A DNA stretch of 32,000 bases from Candidatus Saccharimonadota bacterium (GTDB lineage Bacteria > Patescibacteriota > Saccharimonadia > Saccharimonadales > UBA4665). Of the stretch, positions 25,076 to 32,000 are shown one piece after another. Below the pieces are notes generated by a model, which worked only from the letters and a program-made list of their open reading frames with translations, was not told where the DNA came from and searched no databases. Made by a program: the position numbers and the translations under genes. How positions within the stretch are numbered: position 1 is the stretch's first letter; every line of letters begins with the position of its first letter. Where the stretch lies: positions 420,001 to 452,000 of the forward strand of contig OY970350.1 in the NCBI GenBank assembly GCA_963718045.1. The letters run 5' to 3'.

Positions 25076-25357
25076 ATGTATCAAATTCTTTACCAAGAAG
25101 AGGTGGTAAAACAAGACCTACCCAGGATTGGTTCCAGCGCGAAAGCTAGAATAAGAGTAGCTATTGAAAATAAGCTTGCATCGAGTCCTGAGATATATGG
25201 CAAGCCATTAAGACGATCTCTCAAAAATTACAGAAAACTAAGGGTTGGCGATTTCAGAGTTATTTTCAGAATTGAAGGCCAAAACGTCAAAATATTTGTT
25301 ATTTGGCATAGATCTAAGGTCTACGCTATCGCAGACAAACGACTACGCCAGACTTAA
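25076..25357 (+). CDS. RelE/ParE-family type II toxin
   Basis: 93 aa. GKPLRRSLKNYRKLRVGDFRVIFRIEGQNVKIFVIWHRSKVY is the typical RelE/ParE C-terminal pattern. Confidence 0.88.
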   Translation: MYQILYQEEVVKQDLPRIGSSAKARIRVAIENKLASSPEIYGKPLRRSLKNYRKLRVGDFRVIFRIEGQNVKIFVIWHRSKVYAIADKRLRQT

Positions 25358-25371
25358 TTGATGCCCCTCAT

Positions 25372-26304
25372 TTAATTGCGGCGTTCTAAAAATTCACGTA
25401 TTTTAAGGGCAGCCGTTGCTCCTTCACCAGCCGCTGTGGCAATTTGCATGGTGGCACCGCTTCTAATGTCACCAGCAGCAAACACACCTTTCATTGATGT
25501 ATTTAGGTTCTCATCTGTTTTAATAAAGCCTCTTCCGTCAAGATCAAGCGTGCCGTTAACGAATTGGCTGTTAGGCATAAGGCCGACAAAAATAAAGACA
25601 CCGTCCTCGTCAATAACTTCTGACTTGCCGTCAGCAATAACCTTTACACCCGTGACCATATTGTCTTTACCGATTATCTCTTCGGTTTGCGTTTGAAGAT
25701 GAATGGTAACTTTGCCGTTATCGACATATTTTTGGAGATCTTTCTGAAGTATTTCACTGGCCTTTATGTCCGATCTGACTAGTAGATCTATATGCGATGC
25801 AAAACGTGTTAAAAAGATAGATTCTTGTACCGCTGAGTTGCCGCCGCCAACAACAGCTATTTTCTTATCCCTGTAAAAGGCACCGTCACAGGTAGCACAG
25901 TAGTGCACGCCGCGGGCATAGTATTCGGCTTCACCGGGAACGCCTATCTTCTTATAATCACAGCCGGTAGCAATAAGGACGGCTTTAGCTTTTTGGTCAC
26001 CTTCAGTAGTTGTTAGAAGTTTAGTGTCTCCTTCGTCTTTTATAGCTGTCACTTCGCCTAGTTCTATAACCGCGCCGAACCTTTCAGCCTGTTTTCTAAG
26101 TTCATCGGCTAGGTTTAGGCCGTCAATGCCTTCCGAAAAGCCTGGGTAATTGTCTATGTGATCAGTTACGGCAGCCAGACCGCCAACTACACCGCGTTCA
26201 AATAGTACGGTCTCGATATTTTCTCTGGTGGTATAGATAGCAGCAGTTAGGGCCGCCGGACCAGCGCCAACAGTAATTAAGTCGTGAACTTTGTCATCCG
26301 CCAT
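25372..26304 (-). CDS. trxB: Thioredoxin-disulfide reductase (low-Mr TrxR)
   Basis: 310 aa with FAD motif GAGPAALTAA, redox centre CATCDG, second dinucleotide motif VVGGGNSAVQE and GVFAAGD. The region aligned to the E. coli [9 protein letters not shown] NADPH motif reads VRSDIKASE. Confidence 0.93.
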   Translation of the reverse strand: MADDKVHDLITVGAGPAALTAAIYTTRENIETVLFERGVVGGLAAVTDHIDNYPGFSEGIDGLNLADELRKQAERFGAVIELGEVTAIKDEGDTKLLTTTEGDQKAKAVLIATGCDYKKIGVPGEAEYYARGVHYCATCDGAFYRDKKIAVVGGGNSAVQESIFLTRFASHIDLLVRSDIKASEILQKDLQKYVDNGKVTIHLQTQTEEIIGKDNMVTGVKVIADGKSEVIDEDGVFIFVGLMPNSQFVNGTLDLDGRGFIKTDENLNTSMKGVFAAGDIRSGATMQIATAAGEGATAALKIREFLERRN

Positions 26305-26334
26305 AGTAGAGATATTTTAGCTTCTCGGCACTAT

Positions 26335-26583
26335 TTATGAAATAGCTGGAGCTAATTTTGCGAGATTATAGCCGACAATTACTTCTTGGCTGTCATCAGA
26401 TTTAATGACAACTGTAACCGGAACTGTAAGAGCACCGGATATCTTTAAGGCTTCGTCCTGACGGGCTGGTTCCTTGTCTAAATTGACTTCGTCGTATGAG
26501 ACACCTTTAGTGCCCAGGTATTTCTTCACCATTTGGCAGTAGCCGCAGGTATTAGTAGTAAAGATAGTAACTTTTTTTGGCAT
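26335..26583 (-). CDS. Glutaredoxin-like / NrdH-like small redoxin (CGYC active site)
   Basis: 82 aa. VTIFTTNTCGYCQMVKKYL...TVPVTVV...VGYNLAKL shows a thioredoxin fold with a CxxC. It sits immediately upstream of trxB on the same strand, with SD GAGGG 8 nt before the ATG. Confidence 0.8.
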   Translation of the reverse strand: MPKKVTIFTTNTCGYCQMVKKYLGTKGVSYDEVNLDKEPARQDEALKISGALTVPVTVVIKSDDSQEVIVGYNLAKLAPAIS

Positions 26584-26652
26584 ATAATTACCCTCGCTTT
26601 TAATTTATTGTTTGTATTTTTAATGTTTAAGTTTACTTACTACCCCTATTGT

Positions 26653-26686
26653 ATATAGCGTAAGCAAATTATGCAATACGCTATAT
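26653..26686. repeat. Perfect 10-bp inverted repeat ATATAGCGTA / TACGCTATAT separated by 14 nt (with an inner GCA/TGC pair)
   Basis: The arms are at 26653..26662 and 26677..26686. The repeat lies 20 nt beyond the FKBP stop and ~70-100 nt upstream of the Grx-like gene. No U-tract follows it on the minus strand, so it is not a canonical intrinsic terminator. Confidence 0.6.
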
Positions 26687-26705
26687 GTTGTGTTATTTAG
26701 GCCAT

Positions 26706-27224
26706 TTAGCTGCCAGAGACGGAAGTAACTGTAACATCGAAAACAAGAGCGGCGTTAGCGGGGATATTTGAGCCGGAGGGTGGGTTGGCACCGTATGCCA
26801 GACTAGCTGGAATAATTAGTTGCCTGGTACCACCAACTTTCATGCCCGGTATGCCTTCTTGCCAGCCAACAAGAACATCACTTAATTTAAAACTAACTGG
26901 TGTCGAGGTTGATTGGAAAATAATACCGGTTGAAGCAATAGCGCCGGTATAGGTTGCCGATATGGTGGCGCCAGGCTTAATAGTCGCGCCTGTGCCGACT
27001 TTAATATCGACAGTCTGAAGCTGGGTGACTGTTGGCATTGGCGTAAAGCCAGCTAATTTCTGGCCGTCTAACGAACTGCTGGCAGTGCTAGAGTTAGAAC
27101 TGTTTGACTGATTATTCTTAGATTGGATATTAGATATTATAAAAACGACAGCCAAGCTTGAGCTGGTTACTAAAAACAACACCGCAAAGAATCCGGTGAA
27201 TATTCGAGCCTTAGGTATAGCCAA
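26706..27224 (-). CDS. FKBP-type peptidyl-prolyl cis-trans isomerase with N-terminal membrane anchor/signal and Ser/Asn-rich linker
   Basis: 172 aa. The FKBP core includes ISATYTGAIASTGIIFQST...VGWQEGIPGMKVGGTRQLIIPASLAYG...LVFDVTV. The N-terminal hydrophobic helix is FTGFFAVLFLVTSSSLAVVFII. The TTG start is preceded by GGAG 6 nt upstream. Confidence 0.85.
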   Translation of the reverse strand: MAIPKARIFTGFFAVLFLVTSSSLAVVFIISNIQSKNNQSNSSNSSTASSSLDGQKLAGFTPMPTVTQLQTVDIKVGTGATIKPGATISATYTGAIASTGIIFQSTSTPVSFKLSDVLVGWQEGIPGMKVGGTRQLIIPASLAYGANPPSGSNIPANAALVFDVTVTSVSGS

Positions 27225-27261
27225 TTATTACTCCATATATGTTATTAACTAGTTAAAAATA

Positions 27262-27723
27262 TTATACCTTAGTGTCTTTGGTTATAGTAAGTTTTAGGGG
27301 CTGATCCGGGAAACCATTTCGCGTAAAATCTACTAGCTGTTTTTTAAGTTCAACCGGCAGCAAATTGGACGCTTCAAGGACCGTAACGTCTAGCCACTTT
27401 GGAGTGTAGAGGTTCTGACCGCTTTTAGCCATTTTCTGCTCAATTGAGCCGACGGATAGCTTAGGCTCACCGCTAACGTAGTCGCAGAGGTAAATATACT
27501 GCAGGCCATAGACAGCTCCAGCGTCTAAGGTGATTACTAGCCTCGGATTAGCTATTTCAAGGGTTGATTCTTCTCTGACTTCTCGTTTTAGGGCTTTTTC
27601 TGGGCTTTCATCTTTTTCCACACCGCCGCCGATTAAGGCCATAAACTTATGCCCATACCGGTTACGGTCCATAACTAACAGTTTATTGTCTTTAATTACG
27701 ACCGCCCTAACTGAGGTTCTCAT
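27262..27723 (-). CDS. NUDIX hydrolase
   Basis: 153 aa with the Nudix box GGGVEKDESPEKALKREVREESTLE (Gx5Ex7REUxEExGU). Substrate unknown. Confidence 0.85.
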   Translation of the reverse strand: MRTSVRAVVIKDNKLLVMDRNRYGHKFMALIGGGVEKDESPEKALKREVREESTLEIANPRLVITLDAGAVYGLQYIYLCDYVSGEPKLSVGSIEQKMAKSGQNLYTPKWLDVTVLEASNLLPVELKKQLVDFTRNGFPDQPLKLTITKDTKV

Positions 27724-27753
27724 GTCTTAAATAGTATGTAAAAAGATCAACTT

Positions 27754-27769
27754 AAGCAATTAATTGCTA
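27754..27769. promoter_or_regulatory. 14-bp perfect palindrome AGCAATTAATTGCT containing most of both divergent -35-like hexamers (TTGCTT for nudix, TTGCTA for pheS)
   Basis: The palindrome spans 27755..27768. On the minus strand, TTGCTT (27759..27754) is followed by 17 nt, TACTAT (27736..27731), 7 nt and the ATG. On the plus strand, TTGCTA (27764..27769) is followed by 18 nt and TATTAT (27788..27793). Confidence 0.5.
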
Positions 27770-27813
27770 ACCCCCCTCGTAATCTCTTATTATGCTAATA
27801 TTAAGATAAGACC

Positions 27814-28869
27814 ATGATGTATAAAGTTGAAAGCGTGAAGCTTGCTCAAATGCAGCTTAAAAAACGTTTTGAAACACTAGACAATAAGTCAGATATATTA
27901 AAAGCGCCTGAGATGAGGGCACTGCTGGCAGATATACCAAATATACCCGAGAGCGAACGGGCTAATTACGGCATGGAAGTAAATGGGCTGAGGGATGAAC
28001 TTAAAGAAATGGCTGAGTCCCATCAGACAGGCTCTAGAAGCGTCTCCGGCATTGATGTAACTGCACCTTTTGACGCTAATTCTAGTCAGGACACACGACC
28101 CAGGCTGCTCGACACTACGCTCGGCACAGTACATCCTTTAATGAGCGAACTGGATAAAATCTTAGACATTTTTTATAGGATGGGCTTTACTGCCATGGAA
28201 TCAAGACAAATTGATGACGATTACCATATGTTCGGCAGTCTAAACTTCCCGGAAGGTCATCCGGCCAGAGACGATTACGATACGCTGGTAACGGTTGAAA
28301 AAGATAAAAACAACCAGCCGTATATTGCACCGGCTCATGTTAGCACCACCCAGAACAGGCTAATGAAGAAATATAAGGCTAGTCTTTTGAAGGGTCAGCC
28401 TATTGCCGTTGTCTATACTGGACGGACTTACCGGAACGAAGACCTTGATGCCCGGCACGAACATACTTTTTACCAGGTTGAGATAAGTTATATAGACAGA
28501 AACATTAATGCCGGTAACTTAGTGGCTACCATTAGATCATGGTTATCCAGTTACTACGAACGGGATATTGATGTTAAGATCCAGCCTTTTTACTTTCCTT
28601 TTACAGAACCGAGTTTTGAGTTTGCTGCTTCCTGTGTCTTTTGCAATAAAAAAGGCTGCAGTATTTGCAGTTACAGCGGCTGGATAGAGCTTGGCGGCTG
28701 TGGCATGATTCATCCCAAAGTCCTCCAAGAAGGCGGCATTGATCCGGATATTTTTAGCGGCTTTGCCGGCGGCTTTGGGCTGGACAGACTAGTCATGCTC
28801 AAATACGGTATTACCGATATTAGGCTGTTTGAAAGCGGCCGGTTAGATTTTTTGAGGCAGTTTAAATGA
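27814..28869 (+). CDS. pheS: Phenylalanine--tRNA ligase alpha subunit
   Basis: 351 aa with class II aaRS motifs (HPARDDYDT; YRNEDLDARHEHTFYQVE; FPFTEPS; GFAGGFGLDRLVML). Confidence 0.95.
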   Translation: MMYKVESVKLAQMQLKKRFETLDNKSDILKAPEMRALLADIPNIPESERANYGMEVNGLRDELKEMAESHQTGSRSVSGIDVTAPFDANSSQDTRPRLLDTTLGTVHPLMSELDKILDIFYRMGFTAMESRQIDDDYHMFGSLNFPEGHPARDDYDTLVTVEKDKNNQPYIAPAHVSTTQNRLMKKYKASLLKGQPIAVVYTGRTYRNEDLDARHEHTFYQVEISYIDRNINAGNLVATIRSWLSSYYERDIDVKIQPFYFPFTEPSFEFAASCVFCNKKGCSICSYSGWIELGGCGMIHPKVLQEGGIDPDIFSGFAGGFGLDRLVMLKYGITDIRLFESGRLDFLRQFK

Positions 28870-31385
28870 AAGTAAGCCTTAACTGGGTTAAAGAGTATAC
28901 AAAGCTTGATTTATCTGTTGCTGAGGTTGTTGACCGGATCGGCAAACAGCTGGGTGCTATTGAAGAAATTACTGATCTCGGCGACATCTATAAACACGCT
29001 ATTATTGCCCGGGTTATCAGCTGCCAAAATATACTGGAAACACATTTAAAACTCTGCCATATTGACGACAACAAGCGTGTTGCTAAAGTAGACCGGGACA
29101 AAAGCGGCTACGTTCAGGTGGTTTGCGGAGCAGATAATGTCCGGGAAGGATTTATTGGCGTTTGGCTGCCGCCGGGAGCAATTGTACCCTCATCTCTTAA
29201 CAGCGAACCGTTAACCTTAGAAGCTAGAGAGATCAGGGGGCATATAAGCAATGGGGTGCTTGCCAGTGCCCATGAATTAGCACTTTCAAGCGATCACTCT
29301 GGCATTCTTGAAATTAACCCCGCTGACGCTAAACCTGGTGAATACTTCGCTGACGTATATAAACTGGACGACCATATTATAGACATCGAAAACAAGATGT
29401 TTACCCACCGGCCGGATTGTTTTGGTGAGCTTGGTGTGGCCCGGGAAATTGCCGGTATATGCCACGTGCAGTTTACTTCACCGGATTGGTATTTGAAGCC
29501 GCTTGATATTAAGGTTAGCAGTGAAATTAAAGTTGAGATAGATAATCAGGTTCCTAAGCATGTACGAAGGTTTATGGCTGTAGCTATTTCTGGTCTTGAC
29601 GGCGGACAATCCAGTCCTCTATGGCTTCAGACTTATTTATCCAGGGTTGGAATTAGACCGATTAATATTATTGTCGATATTGCCAATTACATGATGATGC
29701 TGACCGGCCAGCCGCTTCATGCCTACGACTTAGATAAACTTTTAAAGCTAGATGATTCTTCTACCGCTAAATTGATCGTTAGATACCCTAAAGTGGGTGA
29801 GAAGCTAACCCTGCTTGACGGCAAGGAAATATGTCCCGGACCTAAGGACATAGTAATTGCTTCAAAAGATAAGCTGATTGGTTTGGCGGGCATAAAAGGC
29901 GGGAAAGAGACGGAAGTATCGGAGGGAACAAAGAACATATTGCTAGAATGCGCTAATTTTGACATGTACGCCGTTAGAAGAACTGGCATGAGTCTGGGGC
30001 AATTTAGTGATGCTTTCACCAGATTCACTAAGGGACAGAGTCCCCTGCAAAACGACCGGGTTTTGGCAAAAACGGCCGATATGATGTGTCAGCTTGCTAA
30101 TGGCAAGGTTAGCTCTTCGATGCTTGACGATAATCCTGCTGGCCTAAGCAGTTTGGAACGTCCAGATGTCAAGGTTAGCGTCGAGTTTATTAACTCCAGA
30201 CTGGGTCTAAAACTTGGCGCCAACGATATTAAACAGCTTCTACTTAATGTTGAGTTTGAAGTTGATGTTCATGAGGACAGGCTGCATATTAAGGCTCCAT
30301 TTTGGCGACAGGATATTGAGATAGCTGAAGACATTGTTGAAGAAGTCGGCCGGCTATATGGATACAGTAAACTGCCGCTTCAGCTGCCAAAGAGAGATAT
30401 CGGGCCAGCAAAAGTTAACCGTCCGGGACTAGTTAAATCCAAGATCCGCCAGATACTGGCCAGCGGCGGGGCTAATGAACTGCTGACCTATAGCTTTATA
30501 CATCAGAAATTAATTGGTGCTTCTGGTCAGGACAAAGATTCTGCCTTTAGGATTGCTAACGCGCTTAGTCCGGATCTTCAGTATTACCGTCTTAGCCTAT
30601 TGCCCAGTTTACTGGATAAAGTTCATCAAAATATTAAAGCTGGGGCTAAGGAGTTTTCTATCTTTGAGATTAACCCTGTACATGTTAAGGGCAATGAAGA
30701 CACGGAGGAATCTAACTTGCCTAAGGAGTTCCCTCGCCTTGGCTTAGTTTTTGCTGCCGAAGATAAGCTAGCTAAAAGCAAATACGATGGAGCACCGTAT
30801 TACGAGGCTCTTATGTACCTACATTATCTAATGGATAAGTTGTCGGTGATCTATAGCGTTCACGAGTTTGACGGGAAAATGATTCCTAAAAATATGATAG
30901 AGCTAGCTAAGACTTTTGAACCTAAACGTTCAGCTTTAATTAGTGTTAAAGATAATATTGTCGGCTTAATTGGTGAACCTAAACCGGCTGTTAAAAAAGG
31001 GCTTAAACTGCCGGACTATGTTTCGATGTTTGAACTAGATTTAACGCTAGTTATTAATTCGCTGTCTAAAAGTGCCTACTTGGAGCTATCCCATTATCCC
31101 AAGGTGGAGCAGGATATATGTTTAAGAATCAAAGAAGATATAAGCTACCGCCAGGTTTATGATCTAGCTCATTCGGTAATTCAAGAAAATGTTGGTGATA
31201 GCGGCTTCTTTAGCCTACTGCCTATAGATATATATATAGATCCAAAAGATGAACACAGAAAACAAATTACTTTAAGGCTTAGTGTCAGCTCATACCAAAA
31301 AACAATGACCGATTCTGAAGTTAGCAGCATATTAAAGGATGTATCAGATAAAGCAGCCGAAAAATTAGAGGCTAGCGTCGTCTAA
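28866..31385 (+). CDS. pheT: Phenylalanine--tRNA ligase beta subunit
   Basis: 839 aa. It begins MKVSLNWVKEY (typical PheT N-terminus) and has tRNA-binding, B3/4, B5 and C-terminal anticodon-binding-like regions. A 4-nt ATGA overlap links it to pheS. Confidence 0.95.
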   Translation: MKVSLNWVKEYTKLDLSVAEVVDRIGKQLGAIEEITDLGDIYKHAIIARVISCQNILETHLKLCHIDDNKRVAKVDRDKSGYVQVVCGADNVREGFIGVWLPPGAIVPSSLNSEPLTLEAREIRGHISNGVLASAHELALSSDHSGILEINPADAKPGEYFADVYKLDDHIIDIENKMFTHRPDCFGELGVAREIAGICHVQFTSPDWYLKPLDIKVSSEIKVEIDNQVPKHVRRFMAVAISGLDGGQSSPLWLQTYLSRVGIRPINIIVDIANYMMMLTGQPLHAYDLDKLLKLDDSSTAKLIVRYPKVGEKLTLLDGKEICPGPKDIVIASKDKLIGLAGIKGGKETEVSEGTKNILLECANFDMYAVRRTGMSLGQFSDAFTRFTKGQSPLQNDRVLAKTADMMCQLANGKVSSSMLDDNPAGLSSLERPDVKVSVEFINSRLGLKLGANDIKQLLLNVEFEVDVHEDRLHIKAPFWRQDIEIAEDIVEEVGRLYGYSKLPLQLPKRDIGPAKVNRPGLVKSKIRQILASGGANELLTYSFIHQKLIGASGQDKDSAFRIANALSPDLQYYRLSLLPSLLDKVHQNIKAGAKEFSIFEINPVHVKGNEDTEESNLPKEFPRLGLVFAAEDKLAKSKYDGAPYYEALMYLHYLMDKLSVIYSVHEFDGKMIPKNMIELAKTFEPKRSALISVKDNIVGLIGEPKPAVKKGLKLPDYVSMFELDLTLVINSLSKSAYLELSHYPKVEQDICLRIKEDISYRQVYDLAHSVIQENVGDSGFFSLLPIDIYIDPKDEHRKQITLRLSVSSYQKTMTDSEVSSILKDVSDKAAEKLEASVV

Positions 31386-31840
31386 GCTTTAGCCGTTTTT
31401 TTGATCATGGTCTGTATCTTATCAAGTTCAGCGTCAGACATTTTAGGGCCTTCAGCTGTCGATAAGTAGCCTAGATATTCAGGATGGAATTCGGTGTGTT
31501 GGCTTATAATGTTAGTTTCAGTGGCCAGTTTACCGTGCAAGGGATAAAGCTTAACGTGAACATGATCAACACCTGTACCTTCGACTACCATAGCTACCCT
31601 TTTCACTTTAAGGGCACGTTCTAATATTTTGGCAACTTTAGATGTTGCCAAGATTAGTCCAGTCATTTGCTCATCAGACAATTTAAATAGATCACCGCCA
31701 GGATTCTTTTTGGGGATAACGACCGTTGCACCCGGCGTATTGGGAAAAGGTGTCAAAAAAGCCAAGTAGTTAGCGTCTTCCCAGATTGGCCATGAGGGTA
31801 TTTTATTTTTTAAGATTAGATCAAAAACTGTCTCATTCAT
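31382..31840 (-). CDS. HIT-family protein with an incomplete histidine triad (DHVHVKLYP)
   Basis: 152 aa with HIT-like architecture (YLAFLTPFPNTPGATVVIPK ... GTGVDHVHVKLYP). Only two His residues are present where H-x-H-x-H is expected. Its stop overlaps the pheT stop (CTAA). Confidence 0.75.
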   Translation of the reverse strand: MNETVFDLILKNKIPSWPIWEDANYLAFLTPFPNTPGATVVIPKKNPGGDLFKLSDEQMTGLILATSKVAKILERALKVKRVAMVVEGTGVDHVHVKLYPLHGKLATETNIISQHTEFHPEYLGYLSTAEGPKMSDAELDKIQTMIKKTAKA

Positions 31841-31846
31841 ACTGAA

Positions 31847-31855
31847 ATTATAGCA
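31847..31855 (-). promoter_or_regulatory. Extended -10 TGcTATAAT placed exactly 6 nt upstream of the hit ATG (leaderless geometry)
   Basis: The minus strand reads actGCTATAATttcagtATG, with TATAAT at 31852..31847 and TG at 31855..31854. There is no convincing -35, which is acceptable for extended -10 promoters. Confidence 0.5.
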
Positions 31856-31896
31856 GTATATGCATTCCCGTTGAGTAGCATATAATTAACCATTAG

Positions 31897-32000
31897 ATGG
31901 ACAGCAAAGAGAGAAAAGAAACAGACATTACGCCTAGAGAGTTAGATTTAAAGCAGAAAGCAATTGAAGTTTTAAAAGATAACGACCAGGGCACCTTTAC
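31897..32000 (+). CDS. 5' end of an unidentified ORF running off the window (MDSKERKETDITPRELDLKQKAIEVLKDNDQGTF...)
   Basis: The ATG at 31897 opens a frame that continues to the window end, with TATAAT (31881..31886) 10 nt upstream. Only 34 codons are visible, so no confident assignment is possible. Confidence 0.35.
   Translation, partial: MDSKERKETDITPRELDLKQKAIEVLKDNDQGTF

Noticed and set aside
27724-27813. Possible T-box riboswitch or attenuator leader upstream of pheS
   Set aside because: The intergenic region is only 90 nt and the predicted leader is under 20 nt. A T-box needs ~200+ nt, and no specifier or terminator helices are visible.
28633-28668. CxxC...CxxC cluster in PheS (CVFCNKKGCSICS) as a novel insertion
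   Set aside because: An equivalent four-Cys zinc knuckle at this position is common in PheS of Gram-positive bacteria, so it is not novel.
1-32000. CRISPR arrays, IS elements, prophage or integrative element signatures
   Set aside because: I noticed no regularly spaced direct repeats, no transposase, integrase or recombinase ORFs, and no terminal inverted repeats flanking the TA modules.

Overview
This is a dense (roughly 90% or more coding), mostly minus-strand chromosomal segment with about 39 CDS. I found no rRNA, tRNA, CRISPR array, transposase or integrase. The gene content and style suggest a streamlined Patescibacteria/CPR genome, possibly Saccharibacteria-like; this is inference only. 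The supporting traits are a split transketolase, gatCAB, an orphan type IV pilus ATPase, 1-4 nt gene overlaps, convergent genes sharing stop codons, and several proteins with no family I can assign.

Recognisable genes in order: rnhB (partial), rplS, pilB/gspE-like ATPase, SpoU/TrmH methyltransferase, dnaE, and a tightly coupled gatC-gatA-orf146-gatB-galU-DUF948-ytxH run. Then come uvrB and a long sugar-phosphate cluster on one strand (gap, rpiB, rpe-like, tkt-N, tkt-C, class II fba, PfkB kinase). That cluster is followed by an unknown 417-aa protein and a TIGR00725/LOG-like (SLOG) protein. After it come two type II toxin-antitoxin modules (AbrB-type antitoxin + Doc; RHH antitoxin + RelE/ParE) that bracket ppa. 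The window ends with trxB plus a CGYC glutaredoxin-like protein, a membrane-anchored FKBP, a NUDIX hydrolase, pheS, pheT and a HIT protein.

The observations most worth follow-up are:
1. The orf417 + SLOG pair at the tail of the pentose-phosphate/glycolysis cluster. It may be a nucleotide-ribose salvage route or a nucleotide-sensing module.
2. A recurrent promoter geometry in which the -10 hexamer ends exactly 6 nt before the ATG, predicting leaderless mRNAs. It occurs at both TA operons, two orphan genes and hit, while dnaE, gap, ppa and the Grx-like gene have classical SD leaders.
3. A non-oxidative PPP cluster with no transaldolase in the window but with a PfkB kinase + class II aldolase pair.
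4. A membrane-anchored protein (orf146) translationally coupled inside gatCAB.

All functional calls rest on motif recognition by eye. No database search was run.
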